DNA of 64,000 nucleotides from Trichoplax sp. H2 (Eukaryota). Made by a program: the position numbers and the translations under genes. Each line of letters starts with the position of its first letter. Positions within the stretch are counted from its first letter, which is position 1. Shown one piece after another: positions 50,801-64,000 of this stretch. The notes below the pieces were generated by a model. It did not search any database and was not told where the DNA came from. It worked only from the letters and a program-made list of their open reading frames with translations. The stretch spans positions 1-64,000 of the forward strand of contig NOWV01000251.1 of NCBI GenBank assembly GCA_003344405.1. Reading direction: 5' to 3'.

Positions 50801-53800
50801 TTTTGGATAGTCCAGTATGAGCCATATTTCTATCAATCAACCAGTTCTAATTTGAATTTTTAAACTTTGAAATAATATAAAAATGAGGGTGATCAGCTTA
50901 CAGTTTAGTTAGATGAAGTAATTTAGAGCCCAAGATAGCTTCGATACTCTCTTTAATATTAAGGCAATCGTGCAAATCCCTGTACACAATTCAAAAAGAA
51001 CGAAATTAATAGTAATCGAGTAATAGTAATAAAAGACTTTGCTTATATATTTTATATACTTACAGCACTAATAACGAGTGCAAATTACCAAAAGCATGAG
51101 GTTCTATATACATAAGAAAGTAATTTCTGGATAGATTCCTGGTTTAAAACAAAATAGATCTCAACTGACCCACGTTTATAGGTCTGCAACATGAAATTGT
51201 GTTATCAACGATGTTGAAATTATTAGCTAAAATTTCTTGAAAAGACTAGAACTGCATGCACATACGAAATAAAAGAAATAAGATAATTGTAAGAATAGCG
51301 CTGATTAATTCTAAAAATAATAGCTAATTTGAAAATGGCATTATATTGCACGATAAAGATAAAACAACAAATCTGATGCGATATTAAATGCTGCAATTTG
51401 CACAGACGCAATGTTATCATTATGAATATGCGGAAAAATTTGGCAAAAGTAATCTCAAACGTTAGAAAATTCGAACTTAATTAAAGGATTGATCAAATTG
51501 TTATAGAGAATTCGAGCTAACAAATTTTAAGAATGACTTATAATTTCTTACAGGTTTTGTAGGCCAGGCAAAGCTTTAAAATTGTCGTACTGCAATGTTT
51601 TCAACTTATTTTCGGCTAAATTCCTATCAAAACGTAGTAATTGATGTTTAAGTTAAAATCTAATTTAGATAATGAGATAGTAGCTACTGCCAGTATTCTT
51701 AGAAATAAGCACTTTCTTAAAATATAAGTATGTGAACTATTAGGTTTACATTATCGTAAACGAATATTTATTATTGATTACTATGATCAACGAAATACAT
51801 TCGGAGCTGACAGGGGATTCTCGATCAATTTTAGTACGTTTTTAGCCTAATTACTAGTAAAAAACTTAATTGGAATATATGAAATTAACCCTAAATCTAT
51901 TCAATGCCTAAAAGGTTTAATTATTGCTATTATTTCTAGAAGCTTAAATTGGAAAACTGCAGCTATTACTTAAAACCCGTCAAGGTAAAAAAAAGATTAA
52001 ACTGAACTTTCAATTCGCAATTAGCTATTGAAGATTAACATAAAATGAGAACATTTTTATTTTTAACACAGACCATAAATATCATTTACAACGAACAATT
52101 TTATCATATCATGTAGACATTACAAACATGAATATGATCGAAATATTTGGTTCAACTTACAGGTTTCGCAAGTTAGGCATTACTCCTAGAAACTGCAAAT
52201 TCTTCAAGTTATTACGTTCTAAATTTCTAATGATATTTTCTCATAATTAGACAGAAATATCGTGTTTCATTCTTTGCAATGATCTCTTTATGCTCGCAAA
52301 ACATATAAACATATATCATAAAGTATATTAAATTAACTATTACTAGTTCTATTGATCTCCAAGATTCTATTTTGACTTTACTAAGCTAAACTTCAATGGA
52401 ATCATTGTGTTTCCAAATGGCTTATAAAAATGTAATAAACTAAAGCGATGCATTTATTGGATTGCTGTAATAGCAATTTTGCTATTGAACTAAATCTTTT
52501 GCAGCTAATTTTAATTTTACTTTAATACATATCACATCTTTATTTAGAAATTATGAAAAGAAATTGCTTACAAAGTTTGCAGGTTAGGTAATCCTAGCGA
52601 AAAGGCATCCTTCTCAACCTTCTCTAATAGGCAATGATTCATAATTCTAAAGTAGCAAAACATGGTTTGATTAGTTCTTGTTCTAATCCAATTTGTCTCA
52701 GGTTTCGTCCATTTGCAAATTATTTGTCCACTTAGCTATTGATTTGTCACTCAGTATTAGTTACTACTTTAAAATTCCCTCACAGTTTGGTTAAATTCCT
52801 TAATTTAGAAAATGCAAAACGACATAAATTCGATATCGGATTATTGGATAAACTCCTATACCAAAAAATAAGAATAAATGATATTATATTTAAGACCATG
52901 TGGTAAACTATATGTATATTCTATAATTTATGATAGCTAACACTTTAGAAATCGTGCAAACTACATATTCGGCCCAATGTAATTTCTTTATCGTTCATAA
53001 TTTATACTATTTTTGAACTGCCTTACAAATGGAACTTACAACGTTTGCAAATTTATCAGGTTGCTAAAGCTTCGTGGTTGTATCCTCGAAATGAAATTTC
53101 CCCGTAGGCTGCTATAGTAATAGTATTGAGTTGATGAATGGCTAGTTAGCTAGTATTAAATATTTACCTTCAGTCTAACGTAATAGTAATTTAGCGTTTA
53201 CTTTAGTAACTTAGGAAAGTTAAATAAATATCTAAAGGGGATGCAGAATCACATTGATTCGATCATTTTATCGTCATAATTAATGAGGTCCACAGTTCTA
53301 TTTCATGCAATAGCATTCACTTTTAATTAATATAACTAAGAAGCAAATTAAATTAAGAATATGCTGATTCACTCCTAGGGTTGTATATATATATTCTGGT
53401 ATCATTTGCTCGATATATATAAATTATAACACGTTAAGGTTTCATTTTCAACTAACAGAAGTTATAGTTATCTGTTTAATACTCTAGCTAGCTAGTTCTG
53501 TATATGAACCTCAGTTGATACGCAAAATTTGCTATGCAAAACATTTAAATAATTCCGAAATAAATAGATGATATGTATTTATCATCAACTAACAGGATAA
53601 CAATAGACAGCAGCTTGAGAATCAAATTAGCTAGTAGTCTAGCAATAAATTAAGTTTTGTATGAAATTCCAACTAACAGGTATGTTAAATTGCTAAGATG
53701 CTTAGGAAATAATTCTCTGGAAAGATAAGTAAACCGATTGTTTGCTAATTCTCTAAAATGTTAAAGAAAACATAAATGAATAATGAATATGCACATATAA

Positions 53801-56800
53801 CGACCGTTTCATCAATTTTATCTAAGACTAATATCATTATGCTATCTTACAATTTATTAAGTCCTGTCATCCCTTGAAATGCATCTGGATTGATATAATC
53901 AATTAAATTGTCCTTGAGATCGCTATCAGTGTACCAGAAAACATATTGGCATAGATTAAATTTATGAAAGAAATAAAGATTCTTAATAGAGGGTATTGAT
54001 AGACTGCAGAAATACTTTCTCGAATTGATTATTAGAGATTAAGATACATTCGTACATGAAAAAGATAGAAGATGAGTTATAAAACGCTAAGCGACCAATT
54101 TGCTTAAATCGATTTTTGTGTAACCCTCTGAAATACAAATAGCCATACATTAAGTTACTAAATTTTATTTATGCCGAATAAATATTAGCCACCATTCATC
54201 TTTCTATCTTTCCCAGAAATCTTTAGTTTGTAATACCATCAGTTTAGTTAAGTAAGTGATTAGTTCAATACTTACAAATACTGCAGTTTCGGAACAACAT
54301 GAAAGATATTGCCATCAATATTAGAAATTCTGTTTCCGTCTAGTCTTCTAATTTAAGCAACCAAATTGCTTAGACAAATTTAATGAAACCTGTAAATGAT
54401 TTCATTAAAATAAAAACTTACAAAGAAGTCAATTCCTTTAATCCCTTTAGAGCGTAACGGTGAATGCTCCGAATTTGATTTGTCCTCAGAGAACTATAGA
54501 TTGAAGAAGACATTAAAAATAGCTGCAATCATTCTCTATAATATTATACAGACTCCTAGAGAAAATAATTGTACAGCTTTTAAATGGAGCCTAAAATTAG
54601 TATAACCAATTGTCAAAACAAAGACTCTAATCTTTTCCTAAACATTTTTGGCATTGACATATCTTACAGAATCTGTAAGTTCTTCAAGTTAAAAAATTGA
54701 TTTTGATGTAGACTTAAAATCGCATTTTCGTCTAAATATCTAAATGTTAACGAAGGAGGATAGCATTAAATGATTGAACTGTAAATGAACAAAATACTTC
54801 CTAGAAATAGCTTTATCAGATCTTTCTTTGGTATTCAATCAAGATCATGGCAATATCTAAGCCTATAAATTGATGTTTACTCACAATCGATTTAATCTTC
54901 TCATATTATGAGTTATTTTGTTATTGAAATGCTCCAGTTGCATCATTTGTAAATGTCTATTTTATGAAGGAAAGATTGAAGATAACAATTTAATCATGCA
55001 GAGCCAGAGCAAAACTGTAATAACAATTAATAAACATACAATTTAGCTAAAACTGGTACATTCATAATTGTTTCTTGGATGGAAAAACTTGTATTCGCAA
55101 GTTTACTATGCAAATTATATAAATAATAAGTTAGACACTTAGAATCATATAAAATTTCCCATTGGCTTTAATTATTCTCTAGCTAAAACAAAAATGTCAG
55201 AGGATGTATTGAGAGCCGAAACTATCGTAGTTTGACATTGTCGCAATAACTTACAGGATGGAAAGCTTAGGCAAATCAGAGAATGCTCGACCAGATGTAT
55301 TGGTTAAAGGGTTGAATGCTAAAATTCTAGTAAAATAGAAAAATTATTATCATAAATGGAGCTGATATAAGTCAAAGGTGAAAAATTATCTCGCTGCTCG
55401 TCTTGCAAGATAGTTGATAATGCCTCAGCTCGTGAATTAGTGAGCATTTATCTCTAATTTGCATATCATGACAATATTTGATATTGAATGATTTGCAGGA
55501 CGTTTAGTTTAATTTTCATCGAACCATATACAGAGAAAAATTTTATATATATGTAGCATCTTAATAATGTTTCCTTTGTGCACTGGCGAAATCGTGATAA
55601 AATTCCATAAAAATTTTTCATCGTATTTATAGCGTTTAACCATACTTATTTGATCTTAACGAGATAGTTAGCATTCTAATATAACTGAAGAAAATACCGA
55701 AATCTTGTTACATCCTTTTGCGTCCAATTTTAAATATGCCGTTTACTACTTTATCAAGAATCTAAGTACCATAACGATTTACTCACATATGCGTGAGACC
55801 AGGCAAACGCTGAAAGGCGATATTCGATATAGTAACGATGTTATTGTGACCAAGAAATCTGTAGTGATTAATTATGCAATTATTTTACAAGTTGAATTTC
55901 AAGGGTGAGAGAAATAAAGTTGTCGACTTACAGCCTATTCACATTAGGATAAGCTCGAAAGGAATTGTCTTTAATCACTTTGACGCTTGTAAAGCGAAAC
56001 ATTCTAGAGGGAAAACATTGTCTAATTAAGTACTCGCACAAGATTATTTTCTATTAATTAACATATTCTTGACTTTTTCCGATTACAGAAATCCTTCCTA
56101 TTAAAATGCCCCCAAATAGGAGACATTTCAATTTACTACCGATAAATATTGCGTAAATAATTTTTCCTTATTTTAGTTTAAGGTAGTTTTGTAATCACAT
56201 CCTAGTTTTAATATAGGGTAGCTTTATTATCACATATTCATGAGCTAATGCCTTACGTACAATACATGGCAATAATCATAGGCTGCACCAGCAGTTTCTG
56301 GAACCTCTGTAATTTTTTTACCCATGCAAATGACGAGATTTTCTCGACATGTGCAATGTGGAGGGCAGGCTAAGTTAACAAATAAAAATAATTGGTAGCA
56401 AGAAATAAAAGCTCTTCAAATTTCGAGAATTTGGATTGAAAATCTACAGGCGACTCACATCCGCAATGGAGTTCAGTTATCCGATTTCTGATACAAAAAT
56501 CCCATTCGATATCGGCACATTCCAGCAGTTGGCTTTCATTGCCATTGCAATGAATACGTTGTAAGGCAATCGGATTATACCCCAATGATGTCTTATTGAC
56601 AGAATCTTCCTCAGGATAGCCATAACTCAGTGCAGTATCGTAACCTAATTGTTTGCAAGCAACCATTGCTTCAGTGATGAGAAAGTTATCGTAACATATG
56701 GAAAACCATTGGCTGTTAAAATAAATAACTGGATATCCGCGAGTTTTTGCGACACGGCTAAATGTTTCACTGTTTTGATAGCTGCCCGATTTAAATTTAA

Positions 56801-59800
56801 TAAGTCTTAAACTGCCGTCCGCGTGTGGACCTAAAATTTTTTAATTGAATAATATGAATTATTCTGTAAGGTAAATATGAAATAGATATAGAATTAACTT
56901 ATAACTAAATTATTCTCCTAATCCATTTTATAGCAAAGCCTTATGAGATGGCCGTAGTATTTGTAGTTGATTAGAAATTCGTTACAGGAAATAGATATTT
57001 AGAATATTCCATCTACATGCGTAAAATTTTGTTTTACATAATTTTCTTTGCATCTTACCATACTGACAGAATGAACCATCGTAACCTGGTGCACAAGCAC
57101 ATCGAAAACTTGATCCAATTTTAATACAAGTTGCGTTATTGATGCACAAATTTTGATATCTCTTGCAGTAGTTGGTTTCTGCTCTCATTTAATCAAAGTA
57201 TTTCAAACGAATTTCAAATTACTGATCAAACTATTCAAGTTCTGTTAAATAATTAACAATGGCACTAATATGTACATAATATAATAATTTAAGGATAACA
57301 TAACAATATGTAATAATTAAACAATATAATAATATATGATAATATACTTGTACATGTCAATCGTGCTAGATCTTAAAGTATAGCAAATTCGAGAAATTAC
57401 CTATATCACAATTTTGACCAGTATAGCCAATTAAACATTTACATACGTAGGCTGTACCATTTGCATTTGCATTGAAGCAAAGTCCATTAACACAAGGATT
57501 AGACAGACATGCTGAGCCTAAATAATAAATAATTTTGCGGTTCTGTTAATGAACTCCTATTATAATCTGTATAAATGTAAGTTGATTTATTTGTATCATT
57601 AACAGGAAGAAAGCTTGAAAGTAGACGGTAGCACTATTAAATCTTAAAGCTGATAGAGAAAGGATTAAAAAATATCTAAAATATTAATCTTCTAAATTTT
57701 CTAAATGCCAATAGCAGGTTAGACTGTACTATATGAAGCAGCTGATATCTATGATCGGAGGATTAAATTTATATGCATGTGTAGGTAGAGATTTTTAAAA
57801 GAACGATTACAAATAAAACGTTGATCTTCGAACTAGAAGTAGCGTATTCTTTATTCTGTACAAGTATAAGTTAAAAGAATTCTGGTCGCTACAATATAAG
57901 TAAATTTATTATGGTAAGTTTATTATAAGTCTTTACTCCATCTTACCTGAACAGATAGCGTAAACAGTATTACGAGAGGTACAATACGAAGTCAACATTC
58001 CTTCTTGCCATGGTAAGCATTTACTTAAAATATCGATGTCTCCATCAGCAACACATATGAAGGGAATATTGACGTAAGGCTCAATACTTGGTCGAACATC
58101 ATACAAGCGCATTCCTAGACCACACATTTTCTGTCCCACAGATTTAGCGATAGCTTGCCCAATTCTTTTATATGCTATATTACTTATGCGATATATGGAG
58201 TTCCAGCAAATTTTCGACCACGACGTTCCGGAATATATTTGAACGGTTCCATAAGTCCCATCTAAACTGTCTACGATTTTGAATGTACCCGGAATAATAG
58301 CTATTGGATAGTAAATGAAATGACAGACACCATGAGTACACACATGAGTGCAATTATTCCCGCAACTAAAACTTGTTGCGTGCCTCTATTATATCTACTC
58401 ATGCAACGCGGCAATACTACTCTAATATGCGTATTGATAGTTAGAATTTGTTATAAACAGGTTTCCATAATCACTGAATAATTACTGAATAACTTTACTA
58501 AGTTTGTTGCCAGCAATACTCTCATGCCTGATTTCATGAATCTTGATGATCGCCAGAAGCTCAATAGAATACTATAATTTATGTTTTGGTAAAAATAATA
58601 TAATTACAAATCCTTTTACAAAGCGAAATAGGCGCTTAGAAGAGGTATTTGTGGCATAACGACTAAACTTGTTAGATTCAGGAAAGAATGATCATCTTCT
58701 GATAATTATTTATAAACTGATAGACAAACTTAATGGTTCAAGTCTTACCTAATCGTATTATTACCTCATGTAAAGAAATATTAATATGATGATGATATAT
58801 TAAAAATTACTTTTAATTCACTGCGTTGAATTTAACGAGGATATTAAAACTATAAGTAAATATACTTTGGTTCAAGATAACATAATACAGGAAAACTGCA
58901 AATGGCGAAGAATACGGGTATATTTTAATCTTCTTAGGATACTAAACATAAACAAGTAAAAAATGTAGGCATAGTAAGTTGCTTTATAGTTACTTACTAT
59001 TGGCCAAATTAGAAACTTTAAAGTAAGCAAAAATATTTTGTTTCAGGATAGTATAATATAGAGAAAATTAGAATGGTAAAGAATGCCTGTATTCGATTCT
59101 ATCGATGATATGAAGTATAAATTTAAAAACATATTGCAAATTATTTCTTGATTACTTAATTTTGGCGAAATTTGAAACTTTAAAGTAAGCAAATACACTT
59201 TGTTTCATAATAGCATGCTTTTTAAGAAAATTAGAAATATCAAAGAATTTGTGTACATTCTAATCTACTTAGGGTACAAAATTAAAAAAAAAATTTTAAA
59301 TGTGCAATAAATTGCTTTACGATTACTTAATATCGGTGCAATCAGAAATTTTAAAGAACTAAAATACGTATTCTGAAATTTATTTATGCAAGAAATAGAC
59401 ACATATTATGATGGTAGTTAGGGCAAAGATATTTTTAGTTGGATCCCAACATTGAAGTTTAAGGTACATCAAGGTTATGGTAGGCTAACTTGGAAAGTTC
59501 CTTACCTTCGGAGCAATTCTTTTTGAATCCACCGTCCTTACAGCGACATATATAATCGTTAGCTTTATTATAGCAAGTAGCATTGGCATCACAAGGATTA
59601 GAAGCGCAATAATTATATCCTAAAAATAGAATAGATTTCAGATTATCGGATTTTCGAGATGAAGGAGAAAACACAGTCATTTTAGTCCATAAATGAAACG
59701 ATTTGCTTTTATCTGTAAAAATGCTAGACATAATTGCAAATGTTTTACTTGCTGATGGCTAAGTGACTTTTATAGCCACAAGTTTAATGACTAGACTCTA

Positions 59801-60848
59801 TTTTTGGACATTTCAAAAATGTTTAGCTATATATATTGCAAAGATGATGATTATCAAATAATACATATCTAATTAAACTTTTAACTGTTAGAAACTATAT
59901 TTGTATCACTGAAAATAGCAAAGTTTTTATTTATGCATGTACGAGTTGAAATCTATAGCATCTAGGAAAAAGTATATATTTTCTTTCTCTAATATTTTAG
60001 CCAATCTAAGAAGCTAACTACGCGAATTCGATCAATAGATGAGGATACGTTGTTATATTTTTGTATTTCTAATACTGTATCTATTTATGTATACTTTACT
60101 AACCCATTGATCTAGCTCAGTGTTTCCAAATTATTCATTAATAATTCATACATTTAATTGAAATCAAAAGTATTGTTGTAGTGAAATTGTTACAATCACT
60201 AAGTTAGATCTTAAAAAATATCAATTTCTAATTATCTTCAATATCGTGATTGATGGCAACATAATATATTAAATTAATCTAGGCTTAATTTAGCTGAATT
60301 AGAGAATACACTGATAAGAATACTCCACTTTGTTTATTTCAATTTTTCGGAAAATGAGTTGATATGTTAATTAATTACTGATCGATATTAGAAGCGCTTT
60401 TATAAGCTGCGTGTTTAAGACTTACATAAACTTTCATCTTAGAAACGACTGGAATAATAAGAAATTTAAAATAACTAGTAGTAGTAATAAGTAGTAACGA
60501 TTAATTAAGATATATTACCCATGCATATAACTCCAACGTCTTCTGTATGTGAACATGTGCAATAGAAACTGTGACCCCAGTTACTACGGTTGCATTCCAA
60601 AATATGGCTTTCGTAACCAGTAGGACAAGCGATCCAATTAAGCCAAATTATTCCTTGTCCCATAGCAAACTCTGGACAGCAAAAATCTGCTTTCTCATAT
60701 CCAAGTTGTCGGCAAATTACATCGGCTTCCTTTTGGCTAAACCCTCTACCGCAAACTGTTCCCCATATTCCTTTGTAATAAACTTCAATACGTCCTTCGT
60801 GAGGATTTCTTCCATCGACGAGGCGCAAACTGCCATCCGATAGGGTAA
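44813..60848 (-). CDS. SRCR/EGF-containing leucine-rich-repeat GPCR (type C LGR, RXFP/GRL101-like); 5' end not located
   Basis: Phase 1-1 exons: SRCR 60519-60848, EGF 59506-59619, divergent SRCR 57947-58300, EGF 57401-57517, EGF 57059-57181, SRCR 56459-56830. Then LRRNT 56261-56369 (CPPHCTC), ~30 phase-2 LRR exons of ~60-95 nt between ~46700 and ~56005, and terminal exon 44813-46001 (FCC hinge, CHDLLANPSLR, HLAFADFLMGLYL, DRY, CWLP, NPFLY). Confidence 0.85.
58840..59375 (+). repeat. Degenerate ~165-bp tandem repeat (about 4 units) in an LGR intron
   Basis: AAACTTTAAAGTAAGCAAA...TTTGTTTCA..ATA...GAAAATTAGAA...AAAGAAT-like units at ~58846, 59013, 59174 and 59345. Confidence 0.55.
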
Positions 60849-61920
60849 CTAAGAAATAACATTATAACATCTCATTAAATATCATTTAATTTCATATCGT
60901 ATCATTTTGAAGCTAACAATAAGATAAAAGCCAACTAGGAACTCAAGGTCATTTTCATAGTTATTTATTGAGTATGATCATTCTTCTCAACGAATTGCAG
61001 TGAGTGTAAGCCAAGAATTATTCCTGTGTATCACGATTTATTAACTTTCTAGCCTTACTCGATAAAAAAATGTAAATTATAAATTATATAAACAAATGAG
61101 TTAAAAACCTAATATTTCATCATTTAATGACAAGACAACTAATTACGGATTAAAGAGCAGCAATTTAATTTTTTTTACCCCATTTTCTGCAGCTAGTTGA
61201 TTAGAAAATTTATAAAATAAATTATAAATTAATTAATGAAGTTTGAATCTGTCATCTTATCATTTAATGACAGAAAAAATAAATATAGTCAAGCAGTTTT
61301 ACAATTTTTAGCCAATTTTCTGTTGCAATTTAATCAGGAAAGTTTCTAAGGTATATTATAGACTATTGGAGTTCAAAATTTATGTTCTATCATTTAATGG
61401 GAGATTAACTACATATTAATAAGTGGCTATTCAATNNNNNNNNNNNNNNNNNNNNAAACTGCCATCCGATAGGGTAACTAAGAAATAACATTATAACATC
61501 TCATTAAATATCATTTAATTTCATATCGTATCATTTTGAAGCTAACAATAAGATAAAAGCCAACTAGGAACTCAAGGTCGTTTTCATAGTTATTTATTGA
61601 GTATGATCATTCTTCTCAACGAATTGTAGTGAGTATAAGCCAAGAATTATTCCTGTGTATCACGATTTATTAACTTTCTAGCCTTACTCGATAAAAAAAT
61701 GTAAATTATAAATTAATTAATGAAGTTTGAACCTGTCATCTTATCATTTAATGACAGAAAAAATAAATATAATCAAGCAGTTTTACAATTTTTAGCCAAT
61801 TTTCTGTTGCAATTTTATCAGGAAAGTTTCTAAGGTATATTATAGACTATTGGAGTTCAAAATTTTATGTTCTATCATTTAATGGCAGATTAACTACATA
61901 TTAATAAGTGGCTATTCAAT
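60827..61920. other. Assembly gap (~20 N at ~61436-61455) flanked by a duplicated block
   Basis: 60827-61435 recurs at ~61456-61920 with a few SNPs and a ~145-bp indel, directly across the N run. Confidence 0.85.
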
Positions 61921-64000
61921 TCTTTTAGCCCAATTTCCGAAGCGATTCGATCCAAAAAGTTTATATTGTTCTACTGGCTGTATTATGAATTAATTAATTA
62001 CCATTTTTTTTTAATATTTACATAGTAATTTTTTTCTACTACTGTATAAATAACTTATTTCACAGATTCTTGAAGGTGCAATGCTTTGTATCAATTGCTC
62101 GATGGCAAAAGGGTTTAAGTTTTATGAGTTACTATCAATTTTTAGCTCTTTTCTGTACCTGATCAGGAAATTTTATCTCACTCCACGAGTTATTATGTAT
62201 TTAAATAGTTGCTGTATATCACTACTTAAAATTGTTTTACTGTTATTTTAAAATTATCTTATCTCATACATTTCTGCTGAAAGGTCTGCACATTAAACTT
62301 ATGAATAATTAACTAAGCTGACAATCATAATTATACTGCCTGATTCTTATAATGTTTAATACTAACCGTTATCCAATAGCAAATTTAAATTAATGTTTTT
62401 ATCAGAGTAATTCCAAGAGGATGTAGAATTTTCGAATAAATACATTTGATGGAAAGGCTTTTCAAATTCTTTTGATGTTGCTGTTAAAGATCATAAACAA
62501 TTTTAAGATTTAATATTCTTAATTCCAATCTAACTATGAATATTTCAAGAAATAAAACTTAACATTATCGCAATTAACTAATTTAATTGTCATATTTTAC
62601 GTGATGGCCTATAAACCTAAATTGATTGATCGCTGCTGATTAATCTATATAGAGTTAAGTTTTAGAAATAAATTTCCACTTAGTAATAAAGTGGCTTTAA
62701 ATCAAACCAAACAATTTGTTGACAGATCCAATGCTGGCTTAGATTTTATTGCCTATTTAGAGTTATAAGCTGAATTTTTTAACATAAGGTTAAACGGAAA
62801 ATATTACTGAAAGTGCTTACAACTCCAGGAATGCTTTATTTAAGTATTCATTCTTCAGATAGCCCTATTTCGAAATCTGAATCAACTTAACTCTATGTGA
62901 TCCTATAAAATATTTCGCATCGCTTGGAAAGAAACTATGACAAACTAAAACGTATCAATTATAAAAGAAATAAATTACCCTTATTCTACATGAAGATCAA
63001 AGCCGAGAATTCATTGTCACCTCCAAAAAAGATTAATGCAATTTATAAACAAGTTGATTATCCAATTATTTATGTATGTGCATCAATATTTTTGAGGCAT
63101 TCTCTTTTCAAAGATGTAAAAATAAATAGAAAAATAAAAACAGTACTGTCTTAAACTCTCAATTTTAATTAAGGCCTCTATCTAATAAATTAAATAAAGA
63201 GATAAATACCTTAACGGTCCTACTAGATAAAAGAATTTCTATGTTAAAATATGGACCATACATAATTGTATTTTTATCCTTGAGGAAGATATTTTGCTAA
63301 AACTATAGGTTAGTAATGTGGTCGAATGTTTCGAAAAAGTAATTTTTAAGCAAAATTAAATTACAATAACTTATTAAATAAGTAGTTTTCGATTGTGCTA
63401 CTACGCTAAAAATTGTTTGAAAGACAGAATATATAGTGTATGGGAAAGTTCTCATTGCTTTATTTACTTACTTAAGAAAAGTGTCTCTTTAACGACAAAT
63501 GAACAAACACTCCTATGTTGCAATCTTATTTTCGTTCCTGTCTGTACGCAAATATCAAAACTCATCTAAAAAAATCTATAAAATAACAAGATTCAGCCCA
63601 GATACTGTCGAAAACGTAATGGCTTTCGTAATTTATGGACTCTTTCTATACTATTTGAGTGATTAAATGACCAGAACTGGCGGGCTTGAGGTTATTTTGA
63701 CAATCGAGTTCTCTATTCTTTGAATTGTAGCTTAATTCCAAGAAATCTAGTACAGTATTCTATTTAACGAACGATCTAATTGAAATTCAGTGATTATTTA
63801 CGTCTATCCTTGATATTCTCACAACTTTAAAGCTACAACCTCATATTAATAGAATATAATTACTGATGCATTTATGTTAATTTACGAAAATGATAATAAT
63901 AGGCAAACATCGACTGCATTGTTTCTAGGATGTAATCAATTCGCTAATATGTTATTACTGCATTTAGAAAATATTGAACTGTTAATTAATTCATAGTTAT

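Noticed and set aside
61921..64000. Search for the LGR signal-peptide or upstream exon; ORF 62924-63154
   Set aside because: No convincing exon found; the ORF has a non-ATG start and looks like AT-rich noise.

Overview
AT-rich, intron-containing animal genomic DNA. The compact introns, LGR-type receptor and base composition suggest a placozoan such as Trichoplax (inference). (1) 1-30 kb: a tandem array of seven full-length, intronless ~250-aa GNAT-fold (aaNAT-like) acyltransferase genes plus three pseudogene fragments. Five end in a peroxisomal PTS1-type tripeptide (AKL, AKL, SKL, SKL, SKI) and a sixth appears to have lost its SKL by a 1-nt deletion. Five carry an ATCACGTG E-box 200-250 bp upstream of the ATG. 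The array also holds a recent segmental duplication, a solo-LTR-like insertion with a 5-bp TSD and a Ginger1-like/OTU transposon relic. (2) 31.7-38.9 kb (-): 24-exon OCRL/INPP5B inositol 5-phosphatase with a probable U12 intron and a clathrin-box micro-exon. (3) 40.4-42.6 kb: hairpin and tandem repeats, then intronless UQCRQ. (4) 44.8-60.8 kb (-): a very large LRR GPCR with order SRCR-EGF-SRCR-EGF-EGF-SRCR-LRRNT-~30 LRR-7TM and dead LRR exons in its introns; its 5' end was not found. An N-gap at ~61.44 kb is flanked by a probable haplotype duplication. All alignments were made by eye.
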